A DNA stretch of 64,000 nucleotides from an uncultured Pelagibacteraceae bacterium (GCA_905612235.1 CAJQRF010000011.1:40835-104834), one strand, 5' to 3'. Shown: positions 37,758-47,244, counted from the stretch's first letter. The notes: generated by a model not told the origin, from the sequence alone. Translations and numbers: made by a program.

Positions 37758-38798
37758 ATGAAGATTCAAAATTTAAGAAAAAAACAATTTATAAAAAAGA
37801 TTTTTATAAAAATCTGCAGAATTCTTGGTTACGAAATAATTGATCACAATAATCTATACATACCTACATCAGATAAATTTGCCACTGAAGAACTTAGTAA
37901 ACCTGGCAAAAGATCTATTAGTGTACCTCTTGGTGAAGTTAAAATCACAAGACAAGTTAAAAATTTAGATATTATTATTAAGACTTGCACTGGTGTTAAA
38001 TTAGTTAGTCAATCCAAAGAAAGGGTTTTTGAACACAATAAATCAGAATATACTTTTAGATCAATTAATTCTGTAATCAGAAGTGTAAATTATGCAAAAA
38101 AAGAAATGCCTAATATTGTGTTTAATATCTTTGTTATTGATCACAGTTCTTGCTCTGAAGACTTATCTACGATTAAAAACTTATTAGAAAATTCTAATAT
38201 TTCTTTTAAAATAATAAATTTAAACATTGATGAATTTTCTAGCAAAATTAACAAAAAAAATACTAAGGGGGAGAATGTTACTGAAAATATGATAGCTACT
38301 ATGTCAAGTATTTATAAATCTTTTTTGCTTGCCAAAGAAAAATGTAATGATTTGGTTTATTTTGTTGAAGATGATTATGTTCATCAAATTGAAACAATAA
38401 AGGAAATGATATTTTCTTACGAAAGAATTTCATCTCAGATAAACAGGGATTTTATCATATGCCCTTCTGACTATCCTTTTTTATATAATAAAGTTGATAA
38501 AACTGAAATTTATTTAGGTAATAAAAGACATTGGAGAAAAACTGAAGAAACGCTACTTACTTTTATGATTAGCATGAATTTACTAAACAAACATTGGAAT
38601 CTATTTGAGAAAATGTGCCAATTTGAGAATTCGCCTTTTGAAGAACCACTCCATAAAATATATCAGAATGAATTATGTTTATCCCCTATACCTTCATTGG
38701 CTATGCATTGCACAAATGTTAACTCTGTGTTTGGTCTACCTCCAAATTATGATTGGAAAAAAGTTTGGGAAGAGAATAAAAATTACAAGAATGATTAA
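37758..38798 (+). CDS. hypothetical protein, possibly glycosyltransferase-like
   Basis: 346 aa soluble protein; VYFVEDDY could be a DxD-type motif; otherwise unrecognised. Confidence 0.35.
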   Translation: MKIQNLRKKQFIKKIFIKICRILGYEIIDHNNLYIPTSDKFATEELSKPGKRSISVPLGEVKITRQVKNLDIIIKTCTGVKLVSQSKERVFEHNKSEYTFRSINSVIRSVNYAKKEMPNIVFNIFVIDHSSCSEDLSTIKNLLENSNISFKIINLNIDEFSSKINKKNTKGENVTENMIATMSSIYKSFLLAKEKCNDLVYFVEDDYVHQIETIKEMIFSYERISSQINRDFIICPSDYPFLYNKVDKTEIYLGNKRHWRKTEETLLTFMISMNLLNKHWNLFEKMCQFENSPFEEPLHKIYQNELCLSPIPSLAMHCTNVNSVFGLPPNYDWKKVWEENKNYKND

Positions 38799-38801
38799 AT
38801 A

Positions 38802-38841
38802 AAAACAGCCTTTATTTTTAATTGGAAATAAAGGCTGTTTT
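38802..38841. terminator. bidirectional intrinsic terminator
   Basis: 16-bp perfect stem AAAACAGCCTTTATTT / AAATAAAGGCTGTTTT with an 8-nt loop, U-runs on both strands, between convergent genes. Confidence 0.75.
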
Positions 38842-38847
38842 AATATG

Positions 38848-39123
38848 CTATTTGTTAAACATTTCCTTAAGTGCTTTAGCTGGTAAAAACTTAACTTTTT
38901 GAGAAGCTCCAATTTGGATTTGCTCTCCAGTTCTTGGATTTCGACCTACTCTAGCTTTTCTTTTAGCCACTTTATAAGTTCCAAAACCCGCAATTTTTAC
39001 CTGCTCATCACCTTTTAAACTGCCTAAAATAATCTCAGTAATTCCATCAAAAGTGCGTTCAGCATCAGCTTTACTAAGATTCATAGAAGACGATATTTTT
39101 GCAACTAGTTGTTTTTTGTTCAT
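38848..39123 (-). CDS. hup: HU family DNA-binding protein
   Basis: 91 aa; GFGTYKV...RVGRNPRTGEQIQI arm motif. Confidence 0.9.
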   Translation of the reverse strand: MNKKQLVAKISSSMNLSKADAERTFDGITEIILGSLKGDEQVKIAGFGTYKVAKRKARVGRNPRTGEQIQIGASQKVKFLPAKALKEMFNK

Positions 39124-39288
39124 TTTACCCCTTTTATTGTGGTTTTTTTAACTTTTTACACAAATACAAGTAAAATCAACATTTTTTTTAGCGTATAGTG
39201 AAGATATCAACACAATATATAGTTATCACGTCTAAAAACGTTGAATTTATTGACTTTTTTAAAAATTATATTTTATTAAATTTTTTTT

Positions 39289-40404
39289 TTAAAACAAACC
39301 TAAGGATTTCAAATCATTAAAAGTCACAAAAAACATTAAAGAAAACAGTAAAAAAAGACCGATTCGAAAAAAACCTTCTTGGGTTTTTTGACTTAAAGGT
39401 CTGCCGAGGAGTTTCTCAAAAAAATAAAACATTAAATGACCGCCATCTAACATTGGAATTGGAAACAAATTTACTAAACCTAAGCTTATTGAAATATATG
39501 CCATTATACTAAAAAAGGGCAAAATTCCATATTCAGCTACTTGTCCAGTTAATTTTGCTATTTTTATAGGGCCACCTAGCTGGGAAGTGTCCGCTGCGCC
39601 AATAATCATTTTTCCAAGGTAATTTAATGAAGTTGTAGTAACAAACCAAACCTCTTTTAATGAATAGTATATTGATTTGCTGAAGCTAAGAGATTCCTTC
39701 TTAAATTCATTATTTAAGGGAGATAATTTAATACCAACAATTCTTTTATTAACCGCGTTTCCAAACGAATCTTCTCCTGCAACTAAATTTGGTTTAACCA
39801 AAATTGAAATCTCTTGCTTGTTTCTGAGTAATAAAAAATTTATTTTTTCGGTAGTGGATATATTAATAAATGTGGAGACTTCCAATATACTTTCGACCTT
39901 TCTGCCATTAATAGAAATAATTTTATCATTTTTTTTCATTCCTGCTGAAAAAGCTGGACTATTTGGTTGAACTTCTGTGATTACTGCTGGAGTCATGTCT
40001 TTCCCAGCAATCATATTTATTGCAAAAAAAATTAGAATAGCCAATACAAAGTTTGCTAAAGGGCCAGCAAAAACAATTAAAGATCTTTGGTATAGCGGTT
40101 TTAATATAAATAATTTATTTCTATCTTCATCACTGTATTTTCTTATTTCTTCTTGCTGTTCCGCTTGACTAAAAACGTTTCTATCACCAAAGAATTTTAC
40201 ATATCCTCCTAATGGAATCCAGCAAAATTTCCAACGAGTGCCATATTTATCATTCCAACCAAAAATTTCTCTTCCAAAGCCTATAGAAAAATCAGTTATT
40301 CCAACGCCATATTTTTTTGCAAAATAATAGTGTCCATATTCATGAATAAACACCACTATTGTTATCAATACAAAAAAAGGTACTACGTAATTTATTATTC
40401 CCAT
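39289..40404 (-). CDS. rseP: RIP zinc metalloprotease RseP (site-2 protease)
   Basis: HEYGHY zinc motif, a PDZ-sized middle domain, NLFPIPMLDGGH second motif. Confidence 0.9.
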   Translation of the reverse strand: MGIINYVVPFFVLITIVVFIHEYGHYYFAKKYGVGITDFSIGFGREIFGWNDKYGTRWKFCWIPLGGYVKFFGDRNVFSQAEQQEEIRKYSDEDRNKLFILKPLYQRSLIVFAGPLANFVLAILIFFAINMIAGKDMTPAVITEVQPNSPAFSAGMKKNDKIISINGRKVESILEVSTFINISTTEKINFLLLRNKQEISILVKPNLVAGEDSFGNAVNKRIVGIKLSPLNNEFKKESLSFSKSIYYSLKEVWFVTTTSLNYLGKMIIGAADTSQLGGPIKIAKLTGQVAEYGILPFFSIMAYISISLGLVNLFPIPMLDGGHLMFYFFEKLLGRPLSQKTQEGFFRIGLFLLFSLMFFVTFNDLKSLGLF

Positions 40405-41072
40405 GGTCCTTTCACAATTTTATTTTTTTTTTTATTAAAAAATAATATCAAAATTATCCCAGATATAAAACCACCAATATGGGCTGCATAAGCAACGCCG
40501 CCTCCACTTGAAAAAAATTGAAGAATAAACCAAAAACCTAAAACATATAAAGCTCTTATTTTAATAAGTTGACTAAAAAAACCAAAGGGAATTAAAACTA
40601 GTACTTTGGCATTAGGATGATTAATTAAATAAGCTCCGAGCACCCCACCAATGGCACCACTTGCTCCCACCATTGGAATTTGGGAGTGTGTATCCATAAA
40701 AACCTGGGTCATTGCAGCACCAACACCAGAAAGTATATAGAATAATAAAAATTTTTTTGGTCCTAAATTGTCTTCAATATTGTCTGCAAAAATCCACATA
40801 TAAAGCATATTTCCAATTAAATGCATAAATCCTCCATGCATAAACATAGAGGTAAAAATAGTTATATAACCAGGCGCCGCATAAAGATCTAAAGGTAACT
40901 GTTTATGACCCATCAATACAGATGGGATCAATCCATAAGAATAAAAAAGCTGTCCACTTTTGTAGCTTACGGTGCTAAATTGCAATAAAAAGACTAAGAT
41001 ACATAAACCAATTATAAAATAAGTTATAATTGGTTGGTTTGAAGTTGGATTGTCATCTTTTAAAGGAATCAT
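40395..41072 (-). CDS. rhomboid family intramembrane serine protease
   Basis: HGGFMHLIGNM and GASGAIGGVLGA catalytic motifs, and the AHIGG motif. Confidence 0.85.
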   Translation of the reverse strand: MIPLKDDNPTSNQPIITYFIIGLCILVFLLQFSTVSYKSGQLFYSYGLIPSVLMGHKQLPLDLYAAPGYITIFTSMFMHGGFMHLIGNMLYMWIFADNIEDNLGPKKFLLFYILSGVGAAMTQVFMDTHSQIPMVGASGAIGGVLGAYLINHPNAKVLVLIPFGFFSQLIKIRALYVLGFWFILQFFSSGGGVAYAAHIGGFISGIILILFFNKKKNKIVKGPWE

Positions 41073-42504
41073 TACTCATTATAGCAATTGCTGGCCCAAC
41101 TGTTGCCACTAAAAAAGAAAGAAAGAGCAAAGATTTAGAAACAAATGAAGGAAATAGGTCTGCAGACAATAAAAAACCTACCAACAAACTTTTTGAAAAG
41201 TCTGGGACTGGAAACAGAAGAAAGCCACCTATTAAACCAAAAATTATGGAAATAAATGCAGTTTTTTCATTTAACTGTTTATTATAAAAACTATAAAATA
41301 CTGCAAAAACAAAAGCGCAACAAAATAAATCTGCCAACAGAAATAAATATAAAACACTAAATCCTTTTGATGATATGACAAAAGCTATAATAGACAAAAC
41401 TATTACGAAATATCTTGATAATTTTAAATAATTTTGTTTATGCGAAAGTCCCAACGTAGCTTTAGCATCAACTATAACTAAGCTTGATATAGCATTAACT
41501 AAAGTATCTACTGTACTAATTGTCAGTGAAAGTCCTAAAGTTATAATTATTATAGATAACAATTCTGTTTGGTCTTTTAACAATAAAGAAAAAAAACTTA
41601 AATCTGGAATTACTTTAGGATTTATTGATACAGCTACTAAACCACTAAATCCCATAAAGAAAACGATTGGGATTATTACTATAAAAGAAACTATTAAGCT
41701 TTTTTTTAAAATTCTATTATTTTTTGCAGCATAAATTCTTTGCCAGTTTCCCTGATGAAAGAGATTGGTCGCAGCTACAGCAATAAAAAAAGTCAATCCC
41801 GCCGTATAGTTTGGTAAATAACTACCACTTAATAATAGAGGGTTTTTTTGACTTATAAACTCCAAAGAAAATTGATTGCCTACGAATGAATACAAATAAA
41901 AAATGGAAATTAAAAGTAAAATTAAAATTACCCCTAATTGTATGGTGTCTGTAAAAATTGAAACCTTCAATCCGCCATAAAGTGTATATGTTACGGTAGT
42001 AATTAATACCACAAAAGATGTTATCCATAAAGCTGTTCCAGAAATATAATTTATTAACATAGCAACAGCAGTAACTTCAGCGCACAAAAATATGAACATA
42101 TAAAATATACTCATAATTAAAATTAATTTAAATAAATTCTTTCTGAATTTTTTTCTTAGAAATTCAACTAAAGTAGATCCCTTAGGAAATTCTTTTCTTA
42201 TTTTTTTTCCAAAAAATATCAAAAGTATCATGGGAAAAGCTGTTCCGATGGAATAACCTACTACTGCTCCTATTCCTCCCCATGTTGCTGCAGAGGCTGG
42301 CCCAAATAAAATCCAGGCTCCAAGAGATGAGGCTATAAAACTTGCTGAAAGTGAAAAAGAACCCACACTTCTATTTGCTATTAAATAATTTTCAAGATCT
42401 TGGTATTTTTTAGAATAAACCAATCCCAAAAGTGTAAAAATTAAACTAATTACTATAACTAGAGTTAATGATGTTGATTGGTTGATAAAGTATGTTTTAT
42501 CCAT
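41053..42504 (-). CDS. thiV: sodium:solute symporter family transporter (ThiV-type, thiamine-precursor uptake candidate)
   Basis: 483 aa SSS-type polytopic protein directly behind a TPP riboswitch. Confidence 0.75.
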   Translation of the reverse strand: MDKTYFINQSTSLTLVIVISLIFTLLGLVYSKKYQDLENYLIANRSVGSFSLSASFIASSLGAWILFGPASAATWGGIGAVVGYSIGTAFPMILLIFFGKKIRKEFPKGSTLVEFLRKKFRKNLFKLILIMSIFYMFIFLCAEVTAVAMLINYISGTALWITSFVVLITTVTYTLYGGLKVSIFTDTIQLGVILILLLISIFYLYSFVGNQFSLEFISQKNPLLLSGSYLPNYTAGLTFFIAVAATNLFHQGNWQRIYAAKNNRILKKSLIVSFIVIIPIVFFMGFSGLVAVSINPKVIPDLSFFSLLLKDQTELLSIIIITLGLSLTISTVDTLVNAISSLVIVDAKATLGLSHKQNYLKLSRYFVIVLSIIAFVISSKGFSVLYLFLLADLFCCAFVFAVFYSFYNKQLNEKTAFISIIFGLIGGFLLFPVPDFSKSLLVGFLLSADLFPSFVSKSLLFLSFLVATVGPAIAIMSNDSFKR

Positions 42505-42507
42505 TGT

Positions 42508-42576
42508 TCTCCCTTTCTGAATTACCGGACAGGTTATTAGGGTATAATCTCAGTCACTATTGACACCCCTGATTAT
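42508..42576 (-). promoter_or_regulatory. TPP (THI-box) riboswitch
   Basis: Minus-strand RNA AAUCAGGGGUGUCAAUAGUGACUGAGAUUAUACCCUAAUAACCUGUCCGGUAAUUCAGAAAGGGAGAACAAUG carries GGGGUG, a short hairpin, CUGAGA, ACCC, AACCUG, GGUAAU and AGGGA. The SD (GGGAG) is embedded in the 3' part. Confidence 0.8.
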
Positions 42577-42598
42577 TTAAAAATATATTAGTATAAAA

Positions 42599-43657
42599 TT
42601 AAAAGCAAACTATATGGTCAATGTTAATTGGTCTTTTTATGCCAAATTTCTCATCAACTTCATGTTGATGTATGTGGTGTGAATGAACAAAAACTGGAAT
42701 TAGTAAATTGCTTAAAGTTTTTAGCGTATAAATAAAATTAGTACCTCGAAACTTTCTATCAACAACTTCTAATTTTAAATTGCTTTTATCATCATGCTCT
42801 AAATCTTCTGGTTGCAATAAAAGTTGAACATCTGAACCTTTTGGATAGTGTTTAATGAAATTGCCTTTAATAGTTCCTAAATCGTTATTTTCCAAAGTAT
42901 TTTCACCAGTTACTTTAGCTGGTATCAAAATACCTCTATTTAAAAAATTAACAACTTCTACAGAATTAGGAAAATGGTATACGTTGTATGGATCGTCATA
43001 TTGTCTAAGCTGACCATTTAAAATAATTCCACATTTTGAACCTAAATAAAAAGCTTCGTAAGAATCGTGAGTTACAATGATTGTTGTTATTTTTAATTCA
43101 TTTAAAATCTTTTTTAATTTAACCTGAATTTCTTCTTTAAAGTTTTGATCGACATTTGACAAAGGTTCGTCTAATAATAGTAAATCTGGTTTAGAAAGTA
43201 GAGATCTTGCTAATGATGCTCTTTGAGCTTCACCAGAACTAATTTCGTGTGGAAACTTATCTACAATATGCTCTAAATGAAGAAATTTTACTACTTCCTC
43301 AATGGTTAAGTTTTTTTCTTTTGTTTTATTCCTTGCTGCTCCAAATTTAATATTTTCGATTACATTGTAGTGTGGAAATAAACAATTATCCTGAAACGAG
43401 AGTGAAATATTTCTTTTTTCAGGTTCAATATGAATATCTTTAGAAGATATAATTTTATTTTTTAAAAAAATTTTTCCTGATTGAACTTTTTCAAGACCGG
43501 CAATAGTTCGCAAAATTGTTGTTTTTCCAATTCCTGATGGCCCTAATAAACAAATAACATCTCCTTCATTTTCAATATTTAAAGAAACATTGCTGACTTT
43601 ATTTTTTTCGCTTGCAGCAAATGTAACATTATTAATTTCTAGAAAGTTTACAGACAT
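42599..43657 (-). CDS. sfuC: Fe(3+)-type ABC transporter ATP-binding protein
   Basis: Walker A GPSGIGKTT, signature ISSGEAQR, Walker B LLLLDEP, and a C-terminal regulatory domain. Confidence 0.88.
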   Translation of the reverse strand: MSVNFLEINNVTFAASEKNKVSNVSLNIENEGDVICLLGPSGIGKTTILRTIAGLEKVQSGKIFLKNKIISSKDIHIEPEKRNISLSFQDNCLFPHYNVIENIKFGAARNKTKEKNLTIEEVVKFLHLEHIVDKFPHEISSGEAQRASLARSLLSKPDLLLLDEPLSNVDQNFKEEIQVKLKKILNELKITTIIVTHDSYEAFYLGSKCGIILNGQLRQYDDPYNVYHFPNSVEVVNFLNRGILIPAKVTGENTLENNDLGTIKGNFIKHYPKGSDVQLLLQPEDLEHDDKSNLKLEVVDRKFRGTNFIYTLKTLSNLLIPVFVHSHHIHQHEVDEKFGIKRPINIDHIVCF

Positions 43658-43662
43658 AAAAT

Positions 43663-45297
43663 TTAATCTTTAAGGATATACTTAGATGTAAATAAAATAA
43701 AGACACTTGCTATAAGAATAAGAAATAAAGAGGGCGCTGCGGCAGCTTCTAATAGGTCTTGGGAAGCAAAAATGTACGCAGTAGTGGCAAAAGTTTCAAA
43801 ATTAAAAGGTCTCATAATAAGAGTAATAGGCAATTCTTTTATAATTTCAATTGCAATTAATACACCAATTAAAAGAATTGAATTTTTTAAATATGGAATA
43901 TGTATTTTAGTAAAGGTTTTAAATTTTGAGTACCCAAGTAAGTAGGAACTTTCATCTATAGAATAATTAATTTTCAAGTATCCTGATTTAATTCCATTAC
44001 AAGCTAATGAATAAAATCTGATAAAATAAACAAGAACTAAACCTAAAATTGAACCTATAAAAATAGGTTTAATAGTATCAAGTTCTAAAAAATTTATTAT
44101 TCTATTATCAAGCCATGAAATAAAAGTTATAAAAGCAACAGCAAGGATAATTCCTGGTATTGCATAACCAGAAACTGAAAAAGCAGTTAAAGATTCCAGA
44201 ATTTTGCTTTTAGAAACTCTATTTCCATAATTTGAAATAAAAGCTAAAGATATTAATAAACAGCATGATACAAATACTAATAATATAGTGTTAAAAAATA
44301 ACTCCAATATATTTAAATCAATAAAATGTTTTGGGAAAATGATGGTCCAGTAAAGCATTTGAAGAACTGGAAATATAAAACTTAAAAAAAATACAACAAA
44401 ACAGAATGAAAAAGCTAAATATGATTTATGACCTTTTAAAATTATTGGAGATTTTGACTTAAACCCACCCTTTGTAGGAGAGTGGTATTGTGCTTTTTTT
44501 CTAGAAAAATTTTCAAGCATAAATAAACCTAAAATAAAAATAAGTAAATAAAACGAAAGTCTATTAGCTAAAGTGAGATCATCAAATGAAATCCACGCAT
44601 TATATATTCCTGTTGTTAAAGTTGATAAACCAAAAAAAGAAACAGATCCAAAATCAGAAAGTGTCTCCATGGCAACCAAAGAAAGTCCGGCAGCAATTGC
44701 AGGTCTAGCTGATGGTAGGATAATTTTAAAAAATGATTTTCTTCTTGAAAATCCAAGATTTTTCCCTAATTCAATTAAATTTTGTGATTGGTAATGAAAT
44801 GATGCCCTAGTCAGTACATAAACATATCCAAATAATGAGAATGAAATTGAAATAATGGCTCCCAACATTCCATCAAATTTAGGAATAAATGAATTATAAT
44901 TTCCTTCACCAAATAAATTTTTTAATATTGAAAAAGCCGTGCCAAAATTTTCAAAAAAAGCAGTTAATGAGTAAGCATATATATAAGCAGGTATGGCGAA
45001 TGATAAGATTAAAGCCCATTTAAAAAAATTTACTCCAGGAAATTTGTAAAAAGAAACTATATAAGCGCAGCCTACGCCAATAACAAATGTTAAGGTCAAC
45101 ACTCCTATTAAAAGAAATAGTGAATTAAAAATATAGTCATATAGAAATGTATCTTTTATAATAGAAGAGTAATTGCTCGTAGCATCAAAAAAACTAGTAA
45201 AAACTGTTATGATGGGTATTGCTACAATTAGTGATATTAAAAAAGAACTAATATACCAAATATTGATTTTCTTAAATTCCATACTTAATACCTTCAA
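43663..45297 (-). CDS. sfuB: Fe(3+)-type ABC transporter permease (duplicated membrane domain)
   Basis: 544 aa with two permease halves. TTG at 45297 lies 11 nt from an AAGGAG; an in-frame ATG at 45282 is the alternative start. Confidence 0.88.
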   Translation of the reverse strand: MKVLSMEFKKINIWYISSFLISLIVAIPIITVFTSFFDATSNYSSIIKDTFLYDYIFNSLFLLIGVLTLTFVIGVGCAYIVSFYKFPGVNFFKWALILSFAIPAYIYAYSLTAFFENFGTAFSILKNLFGEGNYNSFIPKFDGMLGAIISISFSLFGYVYVLTRASFHYQSQNLIELGKNLGFSRRKSFFKIILPSARPAIAAGLSLVAMETLSDFGSVSFFGLSTLTTGIYNAWISFDDLTLANRLSFYLLIFILGLFMLENFSRKKAQYHSPTKGGFKSKSPIILKGHKSYLAFSFCFVVFFLSFIFPVLQMLYWTIIFPKHFIDLNILELFFNTILLVFVSCCLLISLAFISNYGNRVSKSKILESLTAFSVSGYAIPGIILAVAFITFISWLDNRIINFLELDTIKPIFIGSILGLVLVYFIRFYSLACNGIKSGYLKINYSIDESSYLLGYSKFKTFTKIHIPYLKNSILLIGVLIAIEIIKELPITLIMRPFNFETFATTAYIFASQDLLEAAAAPSLFLILIASVFILFTSKYILKD

Positions 45298-45652
45298 TCA
45301 CTGTATAACTCCTTATTTTTTAATTCAAATAATATGCTTACCAGCTATTCCTCTAAGTAGTTTGGTAAGTATATTATAAAAACTACCGACTAAGAGGAAA
45401 CGAAAATTTTATAAGTTTCTTCATTTCTTTATTGCTAACAGTTGATAGTCTTCTCCCATTTATTTTATTGTTAACTTTTTTACATGCATCCATGCAGGGA
45501 TTGCACGATTTTGCAGACTTATGCAGTCAACATTAAATAAAATTTTTAATTTTTTTTTAATAACTTCATGCATAATTATCATTCCATTTATATCTTTAAT
45601 TTTTTTTAATCTTGCTCTTTGTTTAATTTTATCTATTCTTAATTTATTTTTT

Positions 45653-45682
45653 CCCCTTTACTGTCAAAAGTTAGTAAAGGGG
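45653..45682 (-). other. intercistronic stem-loop in the sfuA-sfuB spacer
   Basis: CCCCTTTAC-N12-GTAAAGGGG, a 9-bp GC-anchored stem. On the transcribed (minus) strand an A-run follows, so it is not a canonical terminator. Confidence 0.45.
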
Positions 45683-45747
45683 CATTATTTTTATATTCAA
45701 ATTCTAATATTTTATTTTTATTATATTTGAACATTCTTACTTAATAA

Positions 45748-46770
45748 TTACTTCCATTTAGCTGCCAACATTACTTCTAATGCGTCAGCTTGTTTTTTTC
45801 CATAAGAAGAGACTTTAGTTTTAAGATCTTGTTTAAATCCTAAGCCCATTTTAGCTAACAATTCGTGAGGCTTAACACCATCAATCATTGGATATTCAAA
45901 TGTATTATTAACTATATGTTCTTGGGCTTCTTTAGTTACCAAAAACTCAAGAAGTTTAATTGCATTAGCTTTATTAGGAGCGTATTTTAATATTCCACCT
46001 CCACTAATATTCATATGAGTTCCTCTTCCATCTTGATTAGGGAAAAATGGCTTAACTTTTTTAGCTGCTGCTTGTTGTTCTGCTCCTTTTTGTCCAGATA
46101 ACATCAAAGCTAAATAATATGTATTAGCTACCGCTAAATCTGCCTCGCCGGCTGCTACAGCTAAAATCTGAGCTCTATCATTGCCTTTCGAATCTCTAGC
46201 CATATTAGCAACTACTTCTTTTGCCCATGCTGCGGTTGCCTTTTTGCCGTTATTTTCAATTAACGACGCTACTAATGATTGATTATAAACATTATTTGAT
46301 TTTCTTATTACAATTTTGCCTTTCCATTTAGGTTTGGCCAAATCTTCATAAGTCATTCCTTTAAGATCGTTTGAACTTACTCTTTCTGGAGAATAGTAAA
46401 TTATTCTTGCTCTCTTAGCTATTCCAGTCCAATAGGCTGTCCTAAAATTTGAGGGCACCACTGCTTTTATAGCTTTAGAACTTGCTCCTCTTTGAAACAT
46501 TCCTTTTGATTGAAAAGCTCCTAATCTTCCTGCATCTGCTGTTATATAAAGATCAACTTTTGAATCTTTTCCTTCTTCAGTTATTCTTTTTTGAAGAGCC
46601 TTATCTTTTCCTGATACAATATTTACTTTAATTCCAGTTTTTGCAGTAAATTTTTCATAAAGCTGAACGTCAGAATCATAATGTCTTGCGCTAAAAACAT
46701 TGACCTCGTTAGCAATAGATACTGCTGATAATGAAAATAAAATTGTTAATATTAATGTTATTTTTTTCAT
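45748..46770 (-). CDS. sfuA: Fe(3+) ABC transporter periplasmic binding protein
   Basis: 340 aa, signal peptide MKKITLILTILFSLSAVSIA, FbpA/SfuA-like pattern; first gene of the operon. Confidence 0.88.
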   Translation of the reverse strand: MKKITLILTILFSLSAVSIANEVNVFSARHYDSDVQLYEKFTAKTGIKVNIVSGKDKALQKRITEEGKDSKVDLYITADAGRLGAFQSKGMFQRGASSKAIKAVVPSNFRTAYWTGIAKRARIIYYSPERVSSNDLKGMTYEDLAKPKWKGKIVIRKSNNVYNQSLVASLIENNGKKATAAWAKEVVANMARDSKGNDRAQILAVAAGEADLAVANTYYLALMLSGQKGAEQQAAAKKVKPFFPNQDGRGTHMNISGGGILKYAPNKANAIKLLEFLVTKEAQEHIVNNTFEYPMIDGVKPHELLAKMGLGFKQDLKTKVSSYGKKQADALEVMLAAKWK

Positions 46771-46796
46771 TTTTATTTACTTATTAAAAAATTTTT

Positions 46797-46837
46797 TATA
46801 ATGATAATAGTTATCATTTGCAATGATAATGATTATC
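46797..46837. promoter_or_regulatory. two tandem Fur boxes upstream of sfuA
   Basis: TATAATGATAATAGTTATC (46797-46815; 16/19) and TGCAATGATAATGATTATC (46819-46837; 15/19), both scored against the GATAATGATAATCATTATC consensus. They lie 27-67 nt upstream of the sfuA ATG. Confidence 0.65.
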
Positions 46838-46923
46838 AGTATCAATATGTCGCAGATAGTACAACCAAAAAGTGTATATGAGCAAGTTTATTCTGTGTAT
46901 ATGATTAGTTGTATAGGTATTTT

Positions 46924-47241
46924 ATGACAGACGAAAAAACATCAATACTTTTATCTAACGTATCCATTGAAGGAGAAGTGGTGGAAAAAGATAAAATTAT
47001 AATAGACGCAAAGATAAATGGAGACGTTAAGGCTGAGGATGTAATAACTCATTCAAAGTCGAATATCTCAGGGAACATCAAATCAAAATTTGCCTCTTTG
47101 GGTGGAAAACTTAAAGGGAATGTAAATTCTGAAAAGATATATATTAAAAAAACAGCAGATATAGAGGGTGTATTAAATCAAAAAACATTATCTATACAAG
47201 AAGGCGCGCAGTTAAAAATTAAATCTGAAACTAGTAAATAA
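46924..47241 (+). CDS. bactofilin family cytoskeletal protein
   Basis: Repetitive beta-helix pattern (IEGEVVEKDKIIIDAKINGDVKAEDVI...GNIKS...GKLKGNV...IEGVL). ATG at 46924 preferred over the TTG at 46909. Confidence 0.72.
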   Translation: MTDEKTSILLSNVSIEGEVVEKDKIIIDAKINGDVKAEDVITHSKSNISGNIKSKFASLGGKLKGNVNSEKIYIKKTADIEGVLNQKTLSIQEGAQLKIKSETSK

Positions 47242-47244
47242 TAA

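Noticed and set aside
45299-45301. GTG 7 nt downstream of the AAGGAG in front of sfuB as the true start.
   Set aside because: It opens only a 9-codon frame (MIEGIKYGI*) out of frame with the permease. The TTG at 45297 or the ATG at 45282 fit the permease frame.
45521-45730. 69-aa + strand ORF in the sfuA-sfuB spacer (MQSTLNKIFNFFLITSCIIIIPF...).
   Set aside because: Its composition (Phe/Ile/Leu/Tyr) simply reflects T-rich runs. It is antisense to the operon, has no SD and no recognisable motif.
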